From an uncultured bacterium (GTDB lineage: Bacteria > Verrucomicrobiota > Verrucomicrobiia > Limisphaerales > UBA8199), in NCBI GenBank assembly GCA_963749495.1, contig CAVVMW010000015.1:416001-480000 (forward strand): a DNA stretch of 64,000 nt, written 5' to 3'. The notes beneath the pieces were generated by a model. The model was not told where the DNA came from, ran no database searches, and worked only from the letters and a program-made list of their open reading frames with translations. Both the position numbers and the translations under genes were made by a program. Below are positions 1 through 10,641 of the stretch, one piece after another. Within the stretch, counting starts at the first letter, position 1. Every line of letters begins with the position of its first letter.

Positions 1-1
1 C

Positions 2-1426
2 GTGCGTCTTTTTGGGTTCCGGCGCGAGGAGCTCATCGGGCACACGCCGGTCGAGCTCAACCTCTGGGCCGATCCTCAGGCCCAGAAGAGGCTCGACGAA
101 ATGTTGGCCAAGCGGCAATCCGTCGGCGGCGTCGAGTGCGACTTGCGGGTGAAGTCCGGTGAGCTCAGAAAAACTCTGCTGTTTGTTGAGCCTATTGATC
201 TCAACAGCAGCCCCTGCGCCCTGACGATTGTGCATGACATGACTGAACGGCTGGCACTGGAAGAAAAACTGCGCAAAGCAATGAAATTGGAGGCCGTAGG
301 CCGCCTGGCAGCCGGTGTGGCGCACGACTTCAATAACCTGCTGACCGTTATCCAGGGCAACGCTGACATGGCGCTCTACCAGAATTCCCAGAATGCTGCT
401 GTGGCCAAAGCGTTGGATCGAATCGGAGAAGCTTCGCGCAAAGCGGGTAATCTGACACGCCAGTTGCTGACATTCAGCCGCCAGCAAACTCCGCAGCCCA
501 AACCGCTGGATCTGAACGAGGTGATTAATGGCGCAACCCGGCTGTTCAAGCATCTCCTGTCCGAAGATCTCATCCTTCGCTTCAGGTTCGCACCTCATCT
601 TCCCATCATCAACGCAGATCCCACCATGATCGAACAAGTTATCATGAACCTGGTGGTCAATGCCCGTGATGCGATGCCGAAAGGTGGGGAATTGGATATC
701 GATACCAGTTATGCGGAAATTGATCGAACCTATCTAAAGAATCATTCCGAGGCTTCTCCGGGTCATTACGCCTGCCTCACAGTCAGCGACACCGGCTGCG
801 GCATGGATCCGGCAACCCAGGCCAGCATTTTTGAGCCTTTCTTCACCACCAAGGATCTCGGCAAGGGCACGGGCCTTGGCTTGGCGACCACTTACGGAAT
901 CATAAAGCAGCACAAGGGATGGATCGAAGTCAGCAGTGAAGTCGGGAAGGGGTCCAGATTCACGGTCTATATCCCCTCTGAATCACCAGCACAACCTGTG
1001 TCGGCAAGTTGCAACCCCTTGCCAGCTTCTGAGTCTCGAAAAACCATCCTGATCGTCGAAGACGAACCTGGCGTGGCCGAGTTGGTTCGAGCTGTGCTGC
1101 AGGAAGACGGTTATAAAATCCTGGAAGCCAGCGACGGGTTGGGGGCACTGCAGGTGTGGAATGACAATCGCGGCAGTATCAACCTGCTCCTCACGGACCT
1201 CAACATGCCGCACGGAATGTCGGGCGTCAATTTAGCCGATAATCTCCGCGCCCTGGCACCCAACCTCCAATTAATCTATATGAGCGGCGGTGGCGCGGAA
1301 AAGCTCATGGCTCAACTTCAATCCGGCAAGGATGGGGTGTTCCTCGCGAAGCCATTCTCCCCGGCGCACCTCCAGCAAACCGTGCGCTGCCGGCTTCAGG
1401 GAAAGCCAGTCTTCGCAGCCGCCTAG
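2..1426 (+). CDS. Hybrid sensor histidine kinase/response regulator (PAS-HisKA-HATPase-REC), 5' partial
   Basis: H-box AGVAHDFNNLL, N-box MNLVVNARDAM, G boxes DTGCGM and GKGTGLGLA, C-terminal receiver (ILIVEDE...LLTDLNMP...LAKPF). Confidence 0.95.
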   Translation: MRLFGFRREELIGHTPVELNLWADPQAQKRLDEMLAKRQSVGGVECDLRVKSGELRKTLLFVEPIDLNSSPCALTIVHDMTERLALEEKLRKAMKLEAVGRLAAGVAHDFNNLLTVIQGNADMALYQNSQNAAVAKALDRIGEASRKAGNLTRQLLTFSRQQTPQPKPLDLNEVINGATRLFKHLLSEDLILRFRFAPHLPIINADPTMIEQVIMNLVVNARDAMPKGGELDIDTSYAEIDRTYLKNHSEASPGHYACLTVSDTGCGMDPATQASIFEPFFTTKDLGKGTGLGLATTYGIIKQHKGWIEVSSEVGKGSRFTVYIPSESPAQPVSASCNPLPASESRKTILIVEDEPGVAELVRAVLQEDGYKILEASDGLGALQVWNDNRGSINLLLTDLNMPHGMSGVNLADNLRALAPNLQLIYMSGGGAEKLMAQLQSGKDGVFLAKPFSPAHLQQTVRCRLQGKPVFAAA

Positions 1427-1474
1427 CTGGTGCGCCACGCATGGCTGGCGCTGATATATGAAATTTCAGCGGAA

Positions 1475-2782
1475 TCAAATGTCGAGATCGAACCCCTTCG
1501 ATCCTGGGCCGGAGGTTGAGAGGGTGATGGGAGGGGCGAGGGGCGGGGGTCCGGCGCGCGCGACCGCTTCGAGGTAGCATTGGTTCATCCGTTCGCCCTT
1601 TGGATTCCAGCCGTAGTTGCGCAGCACGGCCTGGCGGGCGGCCTGGCCATGGGCTGCGAGGGCGGCGGGGTTCTGCGCATACCACCGGATGCCCTGTGCC
1701 AGCCCGGCAACCACCTCCGGGCGCGAGGCCAGCGGCACCTTGATGCCGCAGCCCGCGCTGACCGCCAGCCCGGGCCCGCCACAGTCCAGGCACAGGACCG
1801 GCAGTGCGTTGAACATGGCCTCGAGGACCGCGCAACCGCCGGTATCGTGCAGGCTCGGAAAGAGAAAGAGGTCGTAATCGGGGTAGAACTCGAGCACCTG
1901 CTCGCGTGGCAGCCGCCCCAGGAATTCCACTCGAGTGCCCAGGCCCAGGGTTTGGGCTTTGCGCTTTGCCGCAGGCAGGCAATTGCCCGCGCCCGCCAGG
2001 GTGAAAGTGGCATCCACCCCTGCCGCCTTGAGCGCCTCAAGGGCCAGGTCAATGCCTTTGAGCGCGATAATGTTTCCGACAAAGAGCAGGCGCAACGGCC
2101 CGGAGCGCGGCGGGTGCGGCCGATAGGGCAGTTCGGCGGCGTTGAGCCCGATGGCCGGGATCAGTTGGCTTTGCAGGCCCAGCCTGGCAAAGGCCCGCTG
2201 CATCCGGGCCGTGGAGACCACCAGCAGGGTGCTCGCCCGGGCGCGCCTGCGCAGGGGGTGAAAGGGGGTCGCCTGGAGCATGTTGCTGAGGTTGCGAAGT
2301 CCCTCGCGCACGAGCGAGACCGGGTGGCTCCAGGGCAGCAGCCCCAGGGGAATGGATTCGATGCCGCCCACGGGCCCCCAGATGCAGGGCACACCATGCC
2401 CCCAAATCGCCGCCGGGTAGCGGAACCCGGCGAACGTGACATGGTGCATCAGGTCGTAGTGGTGGACCTGGTGCAATCGCCTGACGACTTGGCGGGCCGA
2501 TCTCTGCCACAACACGTAGTAGAGCTGGATGGCCTTGGCGCGCCGCTTCATTTCCAGGAGCAGCGCGTGGCGGTCGTGATAGACGAAGCGCGGCAGCGGT
2601 TGCAGGCCCGCCAACCGCTGAAGCCCTGCCTCGATGGCCTCGCGATTATTGGACCGCGTCAATACGGTCACCTCGTGAAACCGCGCCATCTGCAGCGCCC
2701 ATTGCCAGCCCACTTCCGGTTCAGACCCCTTGAAGGGCTCGCAGGCATAGGCAGAAATCAGTACGTTGAGCCTTTGCGCCAT
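1475..2782 (-). CDS. Glycosyltransferase family 4
   Basis: N-terminal VLISAYACEPFKGSEP; GT-B motifs LLFVGNIIALKG and FPSLHDTGGCAVLEAM; start taken at ATG 2782. Confidence 0.9.
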   Translation of the reverse strand: MAQRLNVLISAYACEPFKGSEPEVGWQWALQMARFHEVTVLTRSNNREAIEAGLQRLAGLQPLPRFVYHDRHALLLEMKRRAKAIQLYYVLWQRSARQVVRRLHQVHHYDLMHHVTFAGFRYPAAIWGHGVPCIWGPVGGIESIPLGLLPWSHPVSLVREGLRNLSNMLQATPFHPLRRRARASTLLVVSTARMQRAFARLGLQSQLIPAIGLNAAELPYRPHPPRSGPLRLLFVGNIIALKGIDLALEALKAAGVDATFTLAGAGNCLPAAKRKAQTLGLGTRVEFLGRLPREQVLEFYPDYDLFLFPSLHDTGGCAVLEAMFNALPVLCLDCGGPGLAVSAGCGIKVPLASRPEVVAGLAQGIRWYAQNPAALAAHGQAARQAVLRNYGWNPKGERMNQCYLEAVARAGPPPLAPPITLSTSGPGSKGFDLDI

Positions 2783-2883
2783 CCAATCGGTGAGATTAGG
2801 CAAAAGGCCCGGGCGTGGCAAGTCGCCGCCGGGGGCAGGACCATTCGATTTGTGGGAGAGGCAAAATCATTGGTGTGGCAAAA

Positions 2884-3075
2884 TCATGGGGAGCCCCCTT
2901 TGGCTTCTGCCAATGCATTGGGACCATGAACCGGTCACGGGCCCCAAGGCTGCGAAGCGTTTTGGACTGCGGCAGTCCTCTGCCGCTTTCGCGTTCCCAG
3001 AACCAGGGACTGAAAAGCGGCAGAGGACTGCCGCAGTCCAAAACCTCGCGGGCCTCCTCACGGGTTCATGGAGAG
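2884..3075 (+). mobile_element. 192-bp miniature element (copy 1) with internal REP-like palindrome pair and TCATGGRGAG terminal direct repeats
   Basis: Near-identical inverted copy at 32219-32410; inner IR TTTTGGACTGCGGCAGTCCTCTGCCGCTTT; outer IR CCATGAACC/GGTTCATGG. Confidence 0.85.
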
Positions 3076-3094
3076 AAGGGGGTCCGTCGAACCC

Positions 3095-3252
3095 GGGCGC
3101 TTCCGACACTACCCCCGCCACCTACGCCGAAGGGCCGGAGCGCCGGCTTCAGCCGGCTTTGGACGTTCGATGTTCAAAGGGGCCCACAGGGGTGCAGGTG
3201 CGCGCAAAGCCGGGTGAAGCCGGCCTTCCGGGGGCCGTGTCGGGATGCGCCC
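3095..3252. mobile_element. MITE with GGGCGC..CCGACAC terminal inverted repeats
   Basis: TIRs gggcgcttccgacac / gtgtcgggatgcgccc; 9-bp direct repeat GTCGAACCC at 3086-3094 and 3253-3261. Confidence 0.8.
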
Positions 3253-3314
3253 GTCGAACCCGTCGTGGCCCTTTTGCCCTTTGCACATCGCCTGGCCCGG
3301 ATTATTCTCCGGAA

Positions 3315-4076
3315 ATGCAGCGGGTCCCTCTTTTCGCGATTGCCAGTTATTGCGACCGGCTGCTGCGGACGGCCAAGGTGCAGGACTACGACCGGGCGGC
3401 CAACGGTCTGCAGGCCGAGAACCGCGGGGCCGTGACGCGGATCGCGGCGGCGGTGGATGCCAGCCTGGCCACGGTGAGGCTGGCCGTGGCGGCCCAGGCG
3501 GACCTGCTGCTGGTACACCATGGGCTTTTTTGGGACCCGGCGTCGCCATGGACCGGGAGGCGTTACCAACTGCTGCGGTGCCTGCTGGACAACGACCTGG
3601 CCGTCTATAGCTCTCATCTGCCTCTGGATGCCCATCCGAAGCTGGGCAACAATGCTCAACTGGCCCGCGCCCTGGGGTTGAACCACTTGCGCCCGTTCTT
3701 CCTGGACCACGGCCAGTTCATCGGTTTTCAGACCACGGGCCGGATTGGCAGGACGACGCTCGCAGCCCGGTTGCGTCGCGTCACGGGGGCCGAACCGCGG
3801 GTCGTCCCGGGCGGACCGAAGGTCTGCCGGCGCATCGGCGTGGTCAGCGGCGGGGCGGGCGATTCAATCAAGAAGGCGGCCCAGGAGGGCGTTGACACCT
3901 TCATCACGGGCGAAGGCCCGCACTGGACTTACGCGCTGGCAGAGGACCTGGGCCTCAATGTCCTCTACGGCGGCCATTACGCGACCGAGACCTTCGGCGT
4001 CAAAGCCCTGGCCGCCGATCTCTGCCGCCGGTTCAAAATCCCGTGGACCTTCGTGGATTACCCGACGGGGATGTGA
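3315..4076 (+). CDS. Nif3-like dinuclear metal centre protein (YbgI family)
   Basis: Motifs NGLQ, LLVHHGLFW, SHLPLDAHP, GGHYATE. Confidence 0.92.
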   Translation: MQRVPLFAIASYCDRLLRTAKVQDYDRAANGLQAENRGAVTRIAAAVDASLATVRLAVAAQADLLLVHHGLFWDPASPWTGRRYQLLRCLLDNDLAVYSSHLPLDAHPKLGNNAQLARALGLNHLRPFFLDHGQFIGFQTTGRIGRTTLAARLRRVTGAEPRVVPGGPKVCRRIGVVSGGAGDSIKKAAQEGVDTFITGEGPHWTYALAEDLGLNVLYGGHYATETFGVKALAADLCRRFKIPWTFVDYPTGM

Positions 4077-4078
4077 GC

Positions 4079-4159
4079 CGTGAAACGTGAAACGTGAAGC
4101 GTGAACCTCTTCTCATGCCTCACGCGTGATCGGCCGCTTTTCACGTCTCACGTTTCACG
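4079..4159. repeat. Inverted pair of heptamer arrays (CGTGAAA)n ... (TTTCACG)n
   Basis: Seen directly between the convergent nif3 and purH stop codons. Confidence 0.9.
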
Positions 4160-4178
4160 CCACTAGCAGTCCCCTCCC

Positions 4179-5732
4179 TCAGTGTCTGAAGTGCCTCGTC
4201 CCGGTGAAGGCCATGGCGAGGTTCCGTTGATCGGCGGCGGCAATGACCTCGGCATCGCGCACGGAGCCTCCGGGCTGGATGGCCGCCGTAGCGCCGGCCT
4301 CGGCAGCCGCTACAAGCCCGTCGGCAAACGGGAAGAACGCGTCGCTGCACACCACGCTGCCTCGGAGCGATAAACCGGCCTCGCCCGCCTTCCACACCGC
4401 CAGCCGGCTGGCATCCACGCGGCTCATCTGGCCGGCGCCGATGCCCAGGGTCCGGTCGGCGGCGACATAGACGATGGCATTGGACTTGACATGCTTGACG
4501 ATGCGCCAGCCGAAGAACATCGCCTGCAACTCGGCCGGGGTGGGCCGGCGGCGCGTCACGAAGCTCAGGTCCTCCAGCCGGGCCGTTTTGAGGTCGCGCT
4601 CCTGCACCAGGAAGGAATCGGCCCCGACGCTGCGCGCCTCCCAGGGCTGGGCGCAGAGAGGGCTCTTGAGGATCTTGAGGAGGCGAAGGTTCTTCTTTAC
4701 CTGGAGCACGCCCAGGGCTTCCGGGGTGAAGTCAGGGGCAATGATGACTTCGCTGAAGATTTCCGCGATGGCCTGGGCGCAGGGGAGGTCCAGGGGTTGA
4801 TTGACGGCGATGATGCCGCCAAAAGGCGCCTGCCGGTCCGTGGCGAAGGCCTTGTCCCAGGCCTCGCGCAGGGTATTGCCCTGGCCGACGCCGCAGGGGT
4901 TGGTGTGCTTGAGGATGGCCAGGGTTGGCGCGCCGCCGGCGAAGTCGGCGGCCAGGTTGGCGGCGGCGGTCAAATCGAGGATGTTGTTGTAGGAAAGCTC
5001 CTTGCCCTGAAGCTGCCGGAAGAAGTCCGCGAAGCGGCCATAGAGCGCGGCGGCCTGGTGCGGGTTCTCCCCGTAGCGCAACGCCTGGGCCAGTGGGGCC
5101 TGGACAGAGAGGGTGGCGGGCAGGCCGGCTCGAGGGCCGGTCGAGAAGGTCTTTTCCAGGTGCGCTGCGATGGCCGCGTCATAAGCGGCGGTCCGGGCGA
5201 AGACCTTGGCGGCCAGCCGCCGCCTCAAGTCGAGGGTGGTGTGGCCTGCCGCCCGGACCTGCTCGGCCAGGGCCGGGTAATCCGCCGGGTCGACGACCAC
5301 CGTGACGCTCTCGTGGTTCTTGGCAGCGCTGCGGAGCATGGAGGGGCCGCCGATGTCGATGTTCTCGATGGCCTCGCGCAGGAGCGCGTTGGGGCGGGCG
5401 ACGGTCTGCTCGAAGGGGTAGAGATTGACCACCACGAGATCGATGGGTTTGATGCCTTGGGCCTGGACGGCGGCCTCGTGGGCCGCGTTGCCGCGCAAGT
5501 AAAGCAAACCGCCGTGGACTTTCGGGTGCAGGGTCTTGACCCGGCCATCGAGCATCTCCGGGAACCCGGTGTAGTCGCTCAGGTCCGTCACCGTCAACCC
5601 GGCGTCGCGCAGGGCCTTGGCGGTCCCGCCGGTCGAGATCAACTCCACCCCGGCCGCCGCCAGCGCCTGGGCCAGGGGCACCAGCCCGGATTTGTCCCAG
5701 ACCGAAAGCAATGCCCGTCGAATTGGCTCCAT
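4179..5732 (-). CDS. purH: Bifunctional AICAR transformylase/IMP cyclohydrolase
   Basis: [59 protein letters not shown]. Confidence 0.98.
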   Translation of the reverse strand: MEPIRRALLSVWDKSGLVPLAQALAAAGVELISTGGTAKALRDAGLTVTDLSDYTGFPEMLDGRVKTLHPKVHGGLLYLRGNAAHEAAVQAQGIKPIDLVVVNLYPFEQTVARPNALLREAIENIDIGGPSMLRSAAKNHESVTVVVDPADYPALAEQVRAAGHTTLDLRRRLAAKVFARTAAYDAAIAAHLEKTFSTGPRAGLPATLSVQAPLAQALRYGENPHQAAALYGRFADFFRQLQGKELSYNNILDLTAAANLAADFAGGAPTLAILKHTNPCGVGQGNTLREAWDKAFATDRQAPFGGIIAVNQPLDLPCAQAIAEIFSEVIIAPDFTPEALGVLQVKKNLRLLKILKSPLCAQPWEARSVGADSFLVQERDLKTARLEDLSFVTRRRPTPAELQAMFFGWRIVKHVKSNAIVYVAADRTLGIGAGQMSRVDASRLAVWKAGEAGLSLRGSVVCSDAFFPFADGLVAAAEAGATAAIQPGGSVRDAEVIAAADQRNLAMAFTGTRHFRH

Positions 5733-5762
5733 AAAAGAAAGGCCGGGTTGTTCACCCGGCCT
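5733..5762 (-). terminator. Intrinsic terminator-like hairpin immediately upstream of the purH start codon
   Basis: Minus strand AGGCCGGGT-gaaca-ACCCGGCCT followed by TTCTTTT then ATG. Confidence 0.65.
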
Positions 5763-5927
5763 GTCCACACATCCTACAATGAGAACTTTAAATTGTCATC
5801 AGATGCGGCGCCGCAGACTTACGCCTTCCAGCCACACACGGTCTGGTTACTGCGCTTTTGCACCGTCAACGCCCTGAGAATACTCCCAAGCCATCTCCCC
5901 TGCCAGTCACCAGGTACTGGGGACAGG

Positions 5928-6088
5928 GGGCGCAATCGGACACTGCCCCATCCACACTACCGAACGGCCCGGAGCGCGGGCTTTAGCCCGCTTTGGGCGC
6001 CCAATGTGCAATGGGCGCGCCAAGGGATTCCACGTCCGCGCAAAGCGGGCTAAAGCCCGCGCTCCGGGGGCAGTGTCCGATTGCGCCC
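5928..6088. mobile_element. MITE, same family as 3095-3252
   Basis: Perfect 22-bp TIR GGGCGCAATCGGACACTGCCCC; 8-bp direct repeat GGGACAGG at 5920-5927 and 6089-6096; internal CCGGAGCGCGGGCTTTAGCCCGC inverted pair. Confidence 0.85.
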
Positions 6089-6200
6089 GGGACAGGGCCT
6101 GCTTTTTTCCTTTCCTGCCGGTCGAGCTTCGGGTATAAAAAGGTCGGGCCGAGCGCCAAATCGCAACTCCTCGGGTCGCGGTGAAAAGTGTCGCCGCACA

Positions 6201-6266
6201 GGAGTGCGGACGCCTCGTCCGCGCGGCCTTCGTGGCAAAAGCACGCGGACGGGGCGTCCGCGCTCC
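6201..6266. repeat. REP-like inverted pair (GGAGTGCGGACGCCTCGTCCGCG ... CGCGGACGGGGCGTCCGCGCTCC)
   Basis: Two short palindromes in inverted orientation. Confidence 0.7.
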
Positions 6267-6340
6267 CATGGGCGGCCCGAACAGTTACGCCGAATCAATT
6301 ATCATGGCCTCCAGAATCACGGGTCGCAGGGGAGTGCATC

Positions 6341-6814
6341 ATGATTGATGCGGACAAGACAATCTTGTTGGTAGAAGACGACCGCAACGATGTCTTTTTC
6401 CTGAAGTATGCCTTCGAGGCCGCGGACATCGTCAATCCGGTTTACGTGGTCCAGGATGGCCAGGAGGCGGTCGATTACCTGGCGGGCGCCGGCCAATACG
6501 CCGACCGGGTGCGCTATCCCTTCCCCAGCATCCTGCTGCTGGACCTCAAGCTGCCCGTGCGGATGGGGGTGGATGTCTTGCGCTGGATCGGCCAGCAGCC
6601 CGGCATGGGGACCCTGCTAGTGATTGTGCTCACCTCCTCCTCCGACACTCGGGACATCGACAAGTGCTATCGCCTCGGGGCGCGTTCGTTTCTGGTCAAA
6701 CCGCTCTCGCTGGACCAGCGCCTCAATGTGGCCAAGGCCTTCAAGAATTACTGGCTGCAATTCAACGCGTTCCCCACCCTCGGCGGCTGCTCCGGGAAAC
6801 AGCGCAAAAAATGA
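6341..6814 (+). CDS. Single-domain response regulator (REC)
   Basis: ILLVEDD, LLLDLKLP, VLTSS, FLVKP. Confidence 0.93.
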   Translation: MIDADKTILLVEDDRNDVFFLKYAFEAADIVNPVYVVQDGQEAVDYLAGAGQYADRVRYPFPSILLLDLKLPVRMGVDVLRWIGQQPGMGTLLVIVLTSSSDTRDIDKCYRLGARSFLVKPLSLDQRLNVAKAFKNYWLQFNAFPTLGGCSGKQRKK

Positions 6815-6965
6815 TTGCACTCGGCCCGGGATTCGCTATTCTAGCGCCGATGACACCCGCCATTCTCAGAGCCGCGCGAATCCTTAACGAACTGTTTCAG
6901 CCTTGAGCTGGGACCCGTGAGTCGGCAACGGTCGAGACTGGCGGCCAATCCAGAGCATCGTCAGC

Positions 6966-7271
6966 ATGAGCACAAGACTGTTTGTTGGCAACTTGCCGTT
7001 TAGCACCACCAAAGACCAGCTCCAGAGCCTCTTTACCGCCCAGGGCAACGTAATCAACGTCGAGGTGATCATGGACAAGTTCACGGGCCGCTCGCGCGGC
7101 TTCGCCTTCGTGACCATGGAAACCAAAGAAGCCGCCGACGCCGCCATCAAGGCCCTGCACCGCAAAGAAGTGGAGGGCCGGATGCTGACCGTCAATGAAG
7201 CCCGCCCGCGGGAAGAGCGACCGCGCCCCGCCGCTTCCCGTGGAGGCGACCGCGCCCAGGACGCCCATTGA
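6966..7271 (+). CDS. RNA-recognition-motif (RRM) RNA-binding protein
   Basis: RNP2 LFVGNL, RNP1 RGFAFVTM, LTVNEARPRE. Confidence 0.95.
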   Translation: MSTRLFVGNLPFSTTKDQLQSLFTAQGNVINVEVIMDKFTGRSRGFAFVTMETKEAADAAIKALHRKEVEGRMLTVNEARPREERPRPAASRGGDRAQDAH

Positions 7272-7278
7272 CCTCCTG

Positions 7279-7803
7279 ATGTTAACGGAAGCCGGAACCG
7301 CGAGGCCGCTGCCCTGGTGGGCGGTGGTGCTGGTGGGGCGCAGCCCGAAGCGGACCTTGGTGCGCATCGGGGTCCTGGTGGCGGTTACTTTTCTGCTCTT
7401 CCGCTACGGGGTGGTGCTGGTTCGCATTCAGGGGCCAAGCATGCTGCCCACCTACCGGCACAACGAGGTCCGCCTGGTCAATCGCCTGGCCTACTGCCTG
7501 CACGAACCGCGGCGCGGGGATGTGGTGGCCATCCGGATGATCGCCGGCCCGCACGTGATGCTCTTGAAACGGGTCGTCGGGTTCCCGGGCGAGACGGTCG
7601 CCTTCCACGACGGCTGCCTGCTCATCAACGGACAGGTCCTCGACGAGCCCTACGTGCGCTACCCCTACCTGTGGGAGAAGGCCCCGGTCCGTGACGGCCC
7701 GGACGAGTTCTACGTGGTTGGGGACAATCGAACGATGCCCATAAATGACCACGACCACGGCCAGACCGAGCGCAATCTCATCGTGGGCAAGCTCGTCCTA
7801 TGA
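7279..7803 (+). CDS. lepB: Signal peptidase I
   Basis: GPSMLPT (catalytic Ser), LKRVVGFPGE (catalytic Lys), VVGDNR; N-terminal TM segment. Confidence 0.9.
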   Translation: MLTEAGTARPLPWWAVVLVGRSPKRTLVRIGVLVAVTFLLFRYGVVLVRIQGPSMLPTYRHNEVRLVNRLAYCLHEPRRGDVVAIRMIAGPHVMLLKRVVGFPGETVAFHDGCLLINGQVLDEPYVRYPYLWEKAPVRDGPDEFYVVGDNRTMPINDHDHGQTERNLIVGKLVL

Positions 7804-8296
7804 CCAAGTGGCTGGTCCGTCTGGCGTTGCTGGCGGTGATCGCCGCCGCCGGGGTGTGGGTACGGCGCGCCTGGTTTCCCAGTCCGGAAACCGCGATTCG
7901 CCTCCGCCTCAACCAAGTGGCCCGTCTCGCCTCGTTCGGACCCAATGAAGGCGACTTGGCCAAGCTGCTCAACTCGCAGAAGCTGGCCGGCTTTTCACTG
8001 AGGACGTGCAGATCCGGCTCGAGTTCGGAGGAGCCGCGCACACACTCGAGGGACGCGAGAACATCCGCAACGCGGCGTTCAACGCGAGGTCGCTCTACAC
8101 CGGCCTCACCGTCGACTTTCCTGATATGGCGATCGAAGTCATGCCCGGCACGCTCACGGCCGAGGCGGCGCTGACCGCCCGGGCGAGGGCCGCCGGCGAC
8201 CGGGACATCCAGATTTATGAACTCAAGTTCATCCTCAGGAAGATCGGGGGCGACTGGCTCATCCGGCGGATCGAAACGGCCAGGACATTAAAATGA
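7800..8296 (+). CDS. Membrane-anchored hypothetical protein, possibly NTF2/SnoaL-like; frameshift near 7995
   Basis: ORF 7800.. joins ORF 8006..8296 if one T is restored in ggcttttcact (GFFTEDV); ends GDWLIRRIET. Confidence 0.6.
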
Positions 8297-8415
8297 GTCC
8301 CATGTGCTCGCCTCTGTTCGTCCGCCGTTGGACTTCGCCTCCAGAGTGTGCCGGCGCGAGGGTCCGGGGCCGAGGCCCGCGGGCCGAGGGAGCACCGCCG
8401 GATTGAGGACCACCC

Positions 8416-8871
8416 ATGGCTACGAACAAACACGGGTTCCTCGACTACAAGAAGGCGCGTTTCGTCGCGCGGTTGCCTGCCGATTATCTCTACAGCCCCT
8501 CCCACCATTGGCTCGCCTGCCAGGACGGCAAGACCTGGAGGGTGGGGTTGACCCGCTTCGGCACTCGCTTGTTGGGGGAGATGGTCGATCACAGCTTCGG
8601 TGTCGCTATCGATGCACCCGTGTCCGTGGGCCAGATCATCGGCTGGTTGGAAGGCTTCAAGGCCATCTCCGATCTCTACTGCCTGGTCGAGGGCCGATTC
8701 GCCGGCGGCAACCCGGCACTCCAAACCGAAATCACCCTCGTCAACCAGGACCCCCACGGTGCCGGCTGGCTCTATGCCGTCCAAGGACAGCCCGATGCCA
8801 GGTGCGTCGGCGTCGAGGCCTACGCCCAAATCCTGGACAAGACGATCGAAAAGCTAAAGGCTAAAGGCTAA
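8416..8871 (+). CDS. Glycine cleavage system H-like (lipoyl carrier) protein
   Basis: YSPSHHW, RVGLT, LEGFKAISDLY (lipoyl-Lys position), VNQDPHGAGWL. Confidence 0.85.
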   Translation: MATNKHGFLDYKKARFVARLPADYLYSPSHHWLACQDGKTWRVGLTRFGTRLLGEMVDHSFGVAIDAPVSVGQIIGWLEGFKAISDLYCLVEGRFAGGNPALQTEITLVNQDPHGAGWLYAVQGQPDARCVGVEAYAQILDKTIEKLKAKG

Positions 8872-9028
8872 AGGCTAAAGAAAAGGCTAAAGGCTAAAGG
8901 CTAAAGAAAAGGCTGAAGGCTAAAGGCTAAAGGCTAAAGTGGAGAGGCCGCGGCTCGATGGGAAAAAGGGACATAAGGGACCAAAGGGGACAAACCAACG
9001 CCCTCCTTTAGCCTTCAGCCTTTAGCCT

Positions 9029-9049
<21 letters not shown>
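8852..9049. repeat. Inverted heptamer arrays (GCTAAAG)n ... (CTTTAGC)n with a central GGGAC nonamer repeat
   Basis: Seen directly; the arrays contain the TAA stops of gcvH-like and mutY. Confidence 0.92.
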
Positions 9050-10101
<1,052 letters not shown>

Positions 10102-10102
<1 letters not shown>

Positions 10103-10386
10103 TAAACCGACGAATCGTCGGCCATGTGCTCGGCCAGGAGCGCGGCCACCTTGTCCACGACCGCTTCAGAGGGGTAGGAATGAGCCTGGAGCAGGGCCTT
10201 GGCCTTGGCCACTTTGTCGGGGCGGACGGCGGGCGTCTGCTGCCAGGCGCGCTCAATGGCCTCCGCGCCCTGGAGCGACACCTTGTCCGCTTGGAGTTCA
10301 GGCCGCGCCGTGGCCGCTTGCGCCCGGGCTGGGGGCGGCGCTCCGGGAGTTGCCGCAGGTTCGCCATCAGGACTTACGCGCATCAT
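10102..10386 (-). CDS. FlgM-like anti-sigma-28 factor (putative)
   Basis: Ala/Pro-rich N-terminus, then DKVSL...PAVRPDKVAKAKALLQAHSY...DKVA, resembling the FlgM C-terminus; sigma28-like promoter upstream. Confidence 0.55.
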
Positions 10387-10427
10387 CTTGGTCTTGATAC
10401 TATCCCATTTTTCCGCTTTGCCCAGGA

Positions 10428-10454
10428 ACATCGTCAGCTTTCCAGAAAGATTTA
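10428..10454 (-). promoter_or_regulatory. Sigma28 (FliA)-type promoter
   Basis: Minus strand TAAA-N15-GACGATGT versus consensus TAAA-N15-GCCGATAA. Confidence 0.55.
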
Positions 10455-10510
10455 GCGCCAACGACTACGGAATGCCATCCGCGAAGATACGGACCTTACA
10501 CCCCTTTTCA

Positions 10511-10585
10511 AATGACGAATGACGAATGACGAATGACGAAACTGGCGGATGCGTGTGCAGTTTCGTCATTCGTCATTCGTCATTT
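10511..10585. repeat. Inverted heptamer arrays (AATGACG)n ... (CGTCATT)n
   Basis: Seen directly in a divergent intergenic region. Confidence 0.9.
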
Positions 10586-10641
10586 AGTCCTCCCGCCCTT
10601 CCTCCTTGCTCCCCGCCGCCATCTCGCGTAATAAGTGCAGC

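Noticed and set aside
2766..3314. N-terminal extensions of nif3 (also allE from 45910, DUF58 from 58524, batB from 61823)
   Set aside because: They are translations of repeat elements; family similarity starts at the downstream ATG
5760..5870. ZMP/ZTP or fluoride riboswitch, or hammerhead (CTGATGA present on the minus strand)
   Set aside because: The remaining consensus elements (ZTP GACTGGCG/CGCCTGGG, hammerhead GAAA) are not seen; kept only as an unknown leader
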